A stretch of DNA of 64,000 nt from Candidatus Gastranaerophilales bacterium (GTDB lineage Bacteria; Cyanobacteriota; Vampirovibrionia; Gastranaerophilales; Gastranaerophilaceae), in contig CANRMD010000006.1 of NCBI GenBank assembly GCA_947631645.1, positions 1,080 through 65,079 of the forward strand. Direction: 5' to 3'. Numbering within the stretch: position 1 is the first letter of the stretch; the number at the start of each line of letters is the position of its first letter. This document shows positions 19,326 to 26,895 of the stretch, one piece after another. The position numbers were made by a program, and so were the translations under genes. The notes below the pieces were generated by a model. That model saw nothing but the letters and a program-made list of their open reading frames with translations, ran no database searches and was not told the origin of the DNA.

Positions 19326-20015
19326 ATGTTTAGAAGAACTTGTACATTAGGAATAGCAATATTAATTGCGGTGTATATAATTAAATTATTTGTAGTCGCT
19401 TGTATGAATATGGAACTCGGGGAATTCAAACCTGTAGCAACTATATTTTTACTTGATGTATCAGCTTCTAACAGAAATTTGTTAGAGTCACAGGAACAAA
19501 CAATTTTAAAAATAGCAAAAAGGCTTGATAGTGAAGATCAGGCGTTGATATATGTTGTAACTCAAGATGCCTATAATATATATAACGGTAATCCGCATAA
19601 ACTTGTTCAAATAAAGAAAACAATGCAAAAACGCGGTGCTTATGATGAAAAGAATTGGGGTACGGCATATGGTTTAGCGTTGAAAAAAGCAATCGGTGAT
19701 GCTCTTATGTACCACCAAGATGGTTTTAAACCGGCTATTATTATATTAGGTGATCTTGAAAATGAAGGTGACATACGTAAACAAATAAATTGGAATACAC
19801 TTCCAAAAAATATTCAGAAAACTTTAGAGTATGTTCCTGATTTAACATTGGCATTTTTGTATGCACATCCGCAAAAATTGGATGATGTCAGACAAACAGT
19901 TTTGCCGGCGATGAAAGAAAAACAACCGAATGAAGGCGAAAAAAATCTGATTTTAGCATCAGAAGAAAATGTCGATTTGGCTATTAGAAAAATTCTTGAA
20001 GCAGTAGGAAGATAG
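19326..20015 (+). CDS. Membrane-anchored von Willebrand factor A (vWA) domain protein
   Basis: N-terminal TM (LGIAILIAVYIIKLFVVA). MIDAS-like DVSAS, a later GT (NWGTAYG) and ILGDLENEG. Start ATG 19326 or TTG 19299. Confidence 0.6.
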   Translation: MFRRTCTLGIAILIAVYIIKLFVVACMNMELGEFKPVATIFLLDVSASNRNLLESQEQTILKIAKRLDSEDQALIYVVTQDAYNIYNGNPHKLVQIKKTMQKRGAYDEKNWGTAYGLALKKAIGDALMYHQDGFKPAIIILGDLENEGDIRKQINWNTLPKNIQKTLEYVPDLTLAFLYAHPQKLDDVRQTVLPAMKEKQPNEGEKNLILASEENVDLAIRKILEAVGR

Positions 20016-20025
20016 AGGATAATAA

Positions 20026-21696
20026 ATGAAAGTTACCATTACGTCTAAAAATAACGAGAAAGTTTTTAATGATACAAATGTCATTAACATAGGAACTGCC
20101 CGTAATTGTAATTATAAGTTGGATTTGGACTTTGATTTGATAATTTCACTTCAAAAGTTGGAATCCGGTAAATGGCAAGTTATAAATAATTTTCAAAGTG
20201 ACAGAATACTATTCAAAGGTCAACCAATTGGTAAGGCTATAGAAATAGGTTCTTTATGTAAATTAATGATAGCAGATACCGATGAATTTATCGGAATTAA
20301 GATAACTGTAGGCGGTACAAATCCAAAAGTTGTATCGGGTTCTTTAGAACTTGCAAACAGAAGAAATGCCGAAAAGCTTAAAAGAGAAAATCAAAAAACA
20401 ATCACTATGATTGAAGATGAAGAAATTAATGAAGATGATATTAAAACTCTTTACGGTGAAGGTATCGGGGCTACTACAAAAATTAAAATAGACAGAAGAA
20501 AAGCTGATATTGAACGCAGAAGATCTTTAATTACAAAAGAAATTGCTTATAAAGCTAATTATTTAAGAGCAAAATTGGCTCAAAATGAAATGATTTTATC
20601 AGTATTAAATCTTCTTATAGGTTTTGTTCCTTTGGCAATGGCATATATCTTAAAAGATATCATAAGGTTAGATTCTTTGAACGGTCAATTACAGAATAAA
20701 ATTTTGTTCTTAGTATCTATATCATTTATAATAATTACTTTACTTTTAAAGCAAGGTCAGTTTTTGATGTTGCAAAATAAAGGTAAAACAAAACTTTCAC
20801 AATCAAACATAATGATACAAAGATCTTGTTTGTTATCATCTTTTGGTATTTTTGCTTTGGTAATGATAGGTTCGTTATCTGAACTCTTTATGCATACATA
20901 CGGTTTGCCTTTATTAATACCACAAATGTTAATATTATGTACTTTCTTGTGTATATTCTTAGGTATATTTGCAGGGTTTACAAAAAATATTATTGCTGAA
21001 AGCGGTGAAGAACTTGACAGCTATGAATCAAGAGAAGATTTCCAAGCAGTTATTAAAGATTATCAACAATGGATTACATTGTATGTAAACAATATAACCA
21101 AAAAGAAGTTAAAGGATATAAATAATAAAATATTTAACTTACAGTTAAAATCATACGGAGAATTTGCATTGGGTGTTATTACTGCTCCGTTCTTGGCATA
21201 TGCCGTATCCCAGACATTAGGTGAAATATTCCCTGAAGCAGCTGGTTTTATAAGAATTGCAGGAGGTGCTTTAAAAGTTTCACCTGTATTCTTGGCTTTA
21301 GCTTCAATGATGATAATTTTTGCATTCCATTCTTTTGCTACTTCATTTGCAACTACTAAAAGAATAAACGGTTCTAATGTAATAAAACAAGACGGTTTCA
21401 GTGATTATAACGTACATGGTGTTACATTGCACGGTGTTGAAAGCAGTAAAACACTTAAAAAAGAATCTAAAAAATGGTTATTAATTGCTATAGGTGTTGT
21501 TATTATTGAATATACGATGAACGTAACTTACTTTATAGGAGTTATGGGCGGTGATATTTTGAATATGGTTGTATGTGCTTTAGGTGCAGCACTTCCTACA
21601 GCTATTCTTATAATGGAAACAACAATGTTAGGTAATACTAAGTATGAAATTATAATTCGTGAAGAATTATTAAATAAAGTTGATAAGGATTATTAA
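20026..21696 (+). CDS. Polytopic membrane protein with degenerate FHA-like N-terminal domain
   Basis: The N-terminal ~95 aa have FHA-like strand spacing (INIGTARNCNYKLD...W.VINN...ILFKGQPI...CKLMIAD) but lack the canonical R/S/H/N residues. These are followed by a charged coiled segment and at least 6 hydrophobic helices. AGAGGA RBS. Confidence 0.45.
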   Translation: MKVTITSKNNEKVFNDTNVINIGTARNCNYKLDLDFDLIISLQKLESGKWQVINNFQSDRILFKGQPIGKAIEIGSLCKLMIADTDEFIGIKITVGGTNPKVVSGSLELANRRNAEKLKRENQKTITMIEDEEINEDDIKTLYGEGIGATTKIKIDRRKADIERRRSLITKEIAYKANYLRAKLAQNEMILSVLNLLIGFVPLAMAYILKDIIRLDSLNGQLQNKILFLVSISFIIITLLLKQGQFLMLQNKGKTKLSQSNIMIQRSCLLSSFGIFALVMIGSLSELFMHTYGLPLLIPQMLILCTFLCIFLGIFAGFTKNIIAESGEELDSYESREDFQAVIKDYQQWITLYVNNITKKKLKDINNKIFNLQLKSYGEFALGVITAPFLAYAVSQTLGEIFPEAAGFIRIAGGALKVSPVFLALASMMIIFAFHSFATSFATTKRINGSNVIKQDGFSDYNVHGVTLHGVESSKTLKKESKKWLLIAIGVVIIEYTMNVTYFIGVMGGDILNMVVCALGAALPTAILIMETTMLGNTKYEIIIREELLNKVDKDY

Positions 21697-21698
21697 TA

Positions 21699-22442
21699 AT
21701 GTATAGATGTACTGAATGCAATCAAGAATTTGAAGAATGTCCGGATTATTGTGATTGCGGAAATGATACTTTTGAAGAAGTATCAGCGGATGCTGAAGAT
21801 TCTTATTATGAATCTGAATATGAAAGACCGCTTCCTCCGCCTCCTAAAAAAAGATTGACAAAACAGGAAAAGGAAGAACTCGCACAAGAAGAAAAAGAAA
21901 AAAAGATGTCTTTGGTCGTTCTTGGCGTAGTGGCAATTTTATTATGCGTGATAATATTTGTTTTACCGCCGCATAAGAAGCCAAAAATGGAAAAGGTTAA
22001 AATTAAGGTTTCGCAAAAACAAAATAAAGACGTTCTTGATGTTGATTCTTATTGGGATAATACAGTTCCATCAGTACATAAAAAAGAGGATCCGTTAGCG
22101 AACTTACCGTTATTAAATTCAAATTTCAGTTCAATTTCTCCTACTTTAAGAGAATATCTTGTATACATAGGTAATGAATTTAAAAGAAAATGGGATACTA
22201 CAATTATAAAAGGTGACGGAGAATGCAAGGTTGAATTTACTGTTAATAAAGAAGGAAATTTGGCAACGAAGAGAATTGTATCTACATCACATAATGACAG
22301 TTTAGACAATTCCGTTTTGCTTGTATTATCTAAGTTAAACAGTTTTAATGTTCCGCCGGATGAATACAAAGGCGAAAGAGTATATATAACATTTAAAGTT
22401 AATCCTGATAAATCATCAATGGTTATTTATCCGATGAAATAA
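21699..22442 (+). CDS. Zinc-ribbon / single-TM / TonB-C-like domain protein
   Basis: CTECNQ...CPDYCDCG zinc ribbon, E/K/P-rich linker, TM (LVVLGVVAILLCVIIFVL), and a C-terminal domain resembling TonB_C (ECKVEFTVNKEGNLATKRIVSTSHNDSLDNSVLLVLSKL). Confidence 0.5.
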   Translation: MYRCTECNQEFEECPDYCDCGNDTFEEVSADAEDSYYESEYERPLPPPPKKRLTKQEKEELAQEEKEKKMSLVVLGVVAILLCVIIFVLPPHKKPKMEKVKIKVSQKQNKDVLDVDSYWDNTVPSVHKKEDPLANLPLLNSNFSSISPTLREYLVYIGNEFKRKWDTTIIKGDGECKVEFTVNKEGNLATKRIVSTSHNDSLDNSVLLVLSKLNSFNVPPDEYKGERVYITFKVNPDKSSMVIYPMK

Positions 22443-23693
22443 GTTTAAAAACTCGGGAAAAGAAATATTAACCCATTGAAATTCATTAATTTTAATGGGT
22501 TTTTTACATATTAATCCCGCAACAAAAGTACTCATTGCAATTCTGTGATCATGGTAGCAGTTAACATCACAATCACCGGTAAGTTGAGTTTTGCCGTTTA
22601 TAATAAGTCCGTCATTTGTTTCTTGAATATCAGCACCTAATTTTGATAATTCAACTTTAACTGCATTAATTCTGTCTGCTTCTTTATTTCTTAAATCTTG
22701 AGCATCTTTTATTATTGTAGTTCCTTGTGCTTGTGTTGCAGCTACTGCAATTATAGGAATTTCATCAATCAATCTTGGTATTATAGCTCCTTGTATAGTT
22801 GCAGCCTTTAAAGAAGAATATCTGACTTTTATATCAGCTACTTTTTCATTGGAGATAATTCTTTCGTTAGTAAGCTCAATATCAGCATTCATTGATTTGA
22901 GAATATCAATAATGCCCGAACGTGTTTCGTTAATTCCGACATTTTTTATTGTAATATCAGAATCGGGAACAATTAAAGCAGCGACTATAAAAAATGCAGC
23001 GGAAGATATATCACCGCATATATTTATATCAACAGGATTAAGCTTTGATTTTTTTACCGAAACTTTATTTCCTTTTATTGATATATCAGCCCCCATATAT
23101 TCAAACATAAGTTCAGTATGATTTCTTGATTTATAAGGTTCCGAAAAAGAGGTAATTCCGTTTGCATTTAAGCCCGCAAGCAGAATGCAAGATTTTACTT
23201 GTGCTGAAGCAAGTTCGGATTTATAATCAATCCCATTTAATTCAGTTCCGTATATTTCTATAGGAAGTTTAAAATCATTATGATTAAATTTCCCTCCCAT
23301 AAGTTCAAGCGGGGTTATAATTCTTTTCATCGGTCTTTTAGAAAGACTTTCATCTCCAAATAATGAAGAGTTAAAGGGTTGACCGGCTAATATACCTGAT
23401 ATTAGTCTTGTTGTAGTTCCCGAATTGCCGCAATTTAAAGAAGTAATAGGAGCTTTTAGTGCATCTTTTGCATTTATTATCAATTCATTTTCATTTAGAT
23501 ATTCAATATGACAGCCTAATTGTTCTATTATTTTTAATGTTGTTAAACAATCAGCACCTTTTGAGTAATTAGAAATTTTAGCTTTCCCTTTAGTAAGAGA
23601 GGAGAACATAAAAGCTCTATGGGTAATAGATTTATCCGGAGGAATTGTTATTTCACCTTGTAAAGAATTTGTTTTATTTACGGTAATATCCAT
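22416..23693 (-). CDS. aroA: 3-phosphoshikimate 1-carboxyvinyltransferase (EPSP synthase)
   Basis: LNCGNSGTTTRLISGILAG, DHRIAMS and full-length collinearity. The 3' end overlaps the convergent upstream gene by 27 nt. Confidence 0.95.
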   Translation of the reverse strand: MDITVNKTNSLQGEITIPPDKSITHRAFMFSSLTKGKAKISNYSKGADCLTTLKIIEQLGCHIEYLNENELIINAKDALKAPITSLNCGNSGTTTRLISGILAGQPFNSSLFGDESLSKRPMKRIITPLELMGGKFNHNDFKLPIEIYGTELNGIDYKSELASAQVKSCILLAGLNANGITSFSEPYKSRNHTELMFEYMGADISIKGNKVSVKKSKLNPVDINICGDISSAAFFIVAALIVPDSDITIKNVGINETRSGIIDILKSMNADIELTNERIISNEKVADIKVRYSSLKAATIQGAIIPRLIDEIPIIAVAATQAQGTTIIKDAQDLRNKEADRINAVKVELSKLGADIQETNDGLIINGKTQLTGDCDVNCYHDHRIAMSTFVAGLICKKPIKINEFQWVNISFPEFLNLFHRINNH

Positions 23694-23783
23694 ATTTTTT
23701 ATTAGACAATAAATTTAAATTATTTGCAAATCGATTACATAAAAAATATTATTTTTATATTTAATTAAATAAAAAACAAAAAA

Positions 23784-23932
23784 GATGAAATCATCAACCG
23801 GATACTACGTTTCTAATTTTCAGGCTGCGACTCAAGCTGCGGAACTCCTCCCTGCGGTCGTCAAACAGTCCTCGCTTTGATGTTGTCTTGCTTGAAAATT
23901 TACGAAACTTCGTATATGGTTTCAGATTTCAT
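23784..23932. repeat. E1: ~150-nt imperfect palindromic element with GC-rich core
   Basis: Arms GATGAAATCATCAACCGGATACTACGTTTCTAATTTTCAGG and CTTGAAAATTTACGAAACTTCGTATATGGTTTCAGATTTCAT pair imperfectly. The element is flanked by an A-run and a T-run. The core carries AACTC...TCAAACAG, the complement of the E2/E4 loop strings. Confidence 0.6.
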
Positions 23933-23976
23933 TTTTTTTATTTATTTAAAAAAGAGCTAATAATATAAAAATTAAA

Positions 23977-24115
23977 GTCCCTTGCGTAGTATAGTACAAC
24001 TTCTTTGCGAAGAAACAGCAAAGACCCGTCTGTTTGAGCTGACTTTGTCAGCGAGTTACGGGGCTTATGCTGAGCTTAGAAGTTATCTATACGCAGCATC
24101 AGGACGCAATTTTTA
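23977..24115. ncRNA. E2: candidate structured RNA / REP-like element sharing a covarying core with E4
   Basis: Nested helices run from outer GTCC..GGAC and TGCGTAGTATAG../..CTATACGCA to inner cccgt|CTGTTTGA|gctgac-ttt-gtcagc|GAGTT|acggg (24025-24062). T-runs lie on both sides. Strand unresolved. Confidence 0.4.
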
Positions 24116-24170
24116 TATTATTTGCACATTCTTAAATATAATTAAACCTATTAATAATATTTTTTATGTA

Positions 24171-25424
24171 TTATAAATCATTCGGTGATATTATTCTTCC
24201 TGCGATTGCACTTGCTGCCGCAACATAAGGTGAAGCCAAATAAACTTCACTTTCTGTATGTCCCATTCTTCCGACAAAATTTCTGTTTGTTGTTGATATG
24301 GCTCTTTCACCTTTGGCAAGTATCCCTGCATGTCCGCCCAGGCAAGGTCCGCATGTTGGTGTAGATACGGCTCCGCCCGCTTCTATAATTGTTTCTATGT
24401 AACCTTCTTTTAAAGCATTAAGATAAATTTGCTGAGTTGCGGGGAATACTATTAACCTTACATCTTTGTGAACTTTTTTCCCTTTTAAAATTTCTGCTGC
24501 CGCTTTTATGTCCGATAAACGTCCGTTAGTACAGCTTCCTATAACAGCCTGATCAATTTTTATATCTCCCGCTTGAGAAACAGGTTTTGTGTTTTCAGGC
24601 AGATGAGGAAATGCAACAACAGGTTCAATTTCTTCCGTGTTATAAATTATAACTTTTTCATATTGTGCATCTTTGTCGCTGGTATGGAACTTAGGCAGGC
24701 GAATACTTCTGTTATTAAGATATTCTTTTGTAATATCATCTGGCTCAATAATACCATTTTTTGCACCTGCTTCTATTGCCATATTACAGATGGTAAATCT
24801 TCCGTCCATTGGCAGATTTCGGATTGTTGAACCTCCTATTTCCAAAGTTTTATATAAAGCTCCATCTACTCCGATATCACCGATTAAGTATAAAATAAGA
24901 TCTTTTGCCGTTACGTATTTATTTAATTTCCCGTTAAATTCAACTTTAATTGCAGAGGGAACTTTAAGCCAAGTTTCACCTGAAGCCATTGCACAGGCAA
25001 TATCGGTTGAGCCCATGCCTGTAGAAAAAGCACCTAATGCCCCGTAAGTACAAGTATGAGAGTCTGCACCTATAACCAAATCACCCGCCGTAACTATACC
25101 GTTATCGGGTAAAAGAGCGTGTTCTATACCCATTCTGCCGACTTCAAAGAAGTGTGTGAGATTTTGCTCTCTTGCAAATTCACGAACTTGCTTAACTTGT
25201 TCGGCTGATTTTATATCGCGGTTTGGGACAAAATGATCGGGTACAAAAACGACTCTGTCTTTATCAAAAACTTTATCTACCCCGATTTTATTAAATTCAT
25301 TAATAGCTACAGGTCCCGTAATATCGTTTGCAAGTGTAATATCAACTTTTGCAGTAATTAATTGCCCCGGATAAACTTCTTTTAATCCGGCGTGTTCAGC
25401 TAAAATTTTTTCGGTTATATTCAT
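24171..25424 (-). CDS. leuC: 3-isopropylmalate dehydratase / homoaconitase large subunit (aconitase family, short archaeal-type)
   Basis: Aconitase-family Fe-S ligand context ([27 protein letters not shown]). 417 aa. Confidence 0.9.
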   Translation of the reverse strand: MNITEKILAEHAGLKEVYPGQLITAKVDITLANDITGPVAINEFNKIGVDKVFDKDRVVFVPDHFVPNRDIKSAEQVKQVREFAREQNLTHFFEVGRMGIEHALLPDNGIVTAGDLVIGADSHTCTYGALGAFSTGMGSTDIACAMASGETWLKVPSAIKVEFNGKLNKYVTAKDLILYLIGDIGVDGALYKTLEIGGSTIRNLPMDGRFTICNMAIEAGAKNGIIEPDDITKEYLNNRSIRLPKFHTSDKDAQYEKVIIYNTEEIEPVVAFPHLPENTKPVSQAGDIKIDQAVIGSCTNGRLSDIKAAAEILKGKKVHKDVRLIVFPATQQIYLNALKEGYIETIIEAGGAVSTPTCGPCLGGHAGILAKGERAISTTNRNFVGRMGHTESEVYLASPYVAAASAIAGRIISPNDL

Positions 25425-25500
25425 AAATTATCCTCACACAAAAACTTTTTAAATGTTATTATAGAACATAAGAGAGTCAAAAGGAAGTATCGGAGAAAAA

Positions 25501-26553
25501 ATGCCCGTAAAAGAATTTAAAACCGTTTTAACGGAAGAACCTGTATTAATAGGACCTGACAGCGGAAAAGATAACATAATATTTGCAATAGAATCAAGTT
25601 GTGATGAAACTGCAGCAGCTATAGTAAAAAACGGGCGAGAGGTACTATCAAATGTTGTAGCATCTCAAATTAAGACACATATAGAATTTGGCGGGGTAGT
25701 CCCCGAGGTTGCGGCAAGGGAACACTTGGAAGCCATAAATCTTGTTATAGCTCAAGCATTTGAACAATCGGGATTAAAAGCGGAGGATATAACGGCTTTT
25801 GCTGCAACGGTAGGTCCGGGGCTTGTAGGTTCTCTATTAGTCGGTATGAATGCGGGCAAAGCTCTTGCTCTTGCTCATGATAAACCTTTTATCGGGGTAA
25901 ATCATTTGAATGCTCACGTTTGTGCTAACTTTTTAAATACGGACCTGGAACCTCCTTTTGTTGCTTTGTTAATAAGCGGAGGTCATACTCAAATTATAGA
26001 AGTAAAAAGTTACTTAGAACAAAGAATAATAGGTGAGACTATTGATGATGCGATAGGAGAAGCTTATGATAAAGTTGCAAGACTTATAGGGCTTCCGTAC
26101 CCCGGGGGAGTCAACCTTGACAAACTCGCTCAGACAGGTAACCCGTTTGCTTTTAAATTGCCTGAGGCTAAACTTCAAAATGAATATGATTTTAGTTTTT
26201 CCGGTTTAAAAACTGCTTCTTTGCAATTAATTCAAAAATTGAAAAAAGAAAATCTTGAGCTTCCAAAAGCTGATATTGCTGCAAGTTTTCAGGAAAATGT
26301 TTCTTCCGTATTGTTGAAAAAAGTAAAAAAAGCTGCGGATAATATAAATGCAAAAACAATAGTTTTAGCAGGCGGAGTAGCGGCAAATTCCGAAATAAGA
26401 AAGAAGTTTTTTGCACTTAAAAATAACGGATACAAAATATATGCACCTGAGATGAAATATTGTACAGACAATGCATCTATGATAGCTTCAAGTGCATATT
26501 TTTTAGCGGGAACAATGGACTCACTTAACGTAGAAGTTTTTTCAAGAATGTAA
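25501..26553 (+). CDS. tsaD: tRNA N6-adenosine threonylcarbamoyltransferase
   Basis: ESSCDETAAAIV, GPGLVGSLLVG, HLNAH, SGGHT and GGVAAN motifs. Confidence 0.95.
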   Translation: MPVKEFKTVLTEEPVLIGPDSGKDNIIFAIESSCDETAAAIVKNGREVLSNVVASQIKTHIEFGGVVPEVAAREHLEAINLVIAQAFEQSGLKAEDITAFAATVGPGLVGSLLVGMNAGKALALAHDKPFIGVNHLNAHVCANFLNTDLEPPFVALLISGGHTQIIEVKSYLEQRIIGETIDDAIGEAYDKVARLIGLPYPGGVNLDKLAQTGNPFAFKLPEAKLQNEYDFSFSGLKTASLQLIQKLKKENLELPKADIAASFQENVSSVLLKKVKKAADNINAKTIVLAGGVAANSEIRKKFFALKNNGYKIYAPEMKYCTDNASMIASSAYFLAGTMDSLNVEVFSRM

Positions 26554-26895
26554 AATAAAAGCCGCTATAGCGGCTGTGGTTGGATTTCTCCAAATCTCCT
26601 CTCCCTAATAGTCGTTTGACTAAACTTTTTTTTACAAGGCAGGTTAACACTTTTTATTTGCAACTTTTATATTAAATCACTATTTTTTATTCTTGCATAG
26701 TTATTTTTTAAAAATTTTTTTTAATTAATGTATCGAATACACTCAACATTCAATAATAGTAATGTATTTGTTGAATATATTTATTTGTTAAATATCTTAA
26801 CATTTGCATAATTCTCGCCTTATCCCCCCTGTATAACAATACCATTGTATAATTCAAAATAAATTGATATAATCATGTCAGTCAGGATATATAGC

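Noticed and set aside
24030-24058. Hammerhead-ribozyme-like layout (CUGUUUGA - hairpin - GAGUUA versus CUGAUGA - stem II - GAAA)
   Set aside because: The arrangement is superficially similar, but the invariant core nucleotides (CUGAUGA, GAAA, cleavage-site triplet) are not matched.
24031-24115. Resemblance to a Cas9 single-guide/tracrRNA (GUUUGAGCUGAC-loop-GUCAGCGAGUUA..., and GGUGCCGAG in E4)
   Set aside because: The duplex is only 4-6 bp. There is no cas9/IscB/TnpB-like ORF or CRISPR array in the window, and the downstream nexus or hairpin pattern is not reproduced. I treat this as coincidence unless a nuclease gene is found elsewhere.
23982-24176. 64-aa ORF in the ORF track lying inside element E2
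   Set aside because: It has no RBS, its composition is driven by the GC-rich hairpin arms, and it spans paired repeat arms. It is better explained as a non-coding structured element.
24573-25047. Plus-strand ORFs of 85 and 124 aa antisense to leuC. The same pattern occurs at 213-500, 6219-6986, 17234-17440, 22849-23121, 29999-30346, 42987-45741, 62236-63394 and elsewhere.
   Set aside because: They lie entirely inside strongly supported genes on the opposite strand or in another frame. They have low-complexity composition and no RBS, so they are shadow ORFs.
26810-26835. TCTCGCCTTATCCCCCCTG resembling the E3 string TTTCGCCTTGTCCTCGC, considered as a solo fragment of the repeat family
   Set aside because: The match is only ~11 of 12 nt with no flanking hairpin structure, so it could be chance. 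It is worth re-checking only if a genome-wide model of the family is built.
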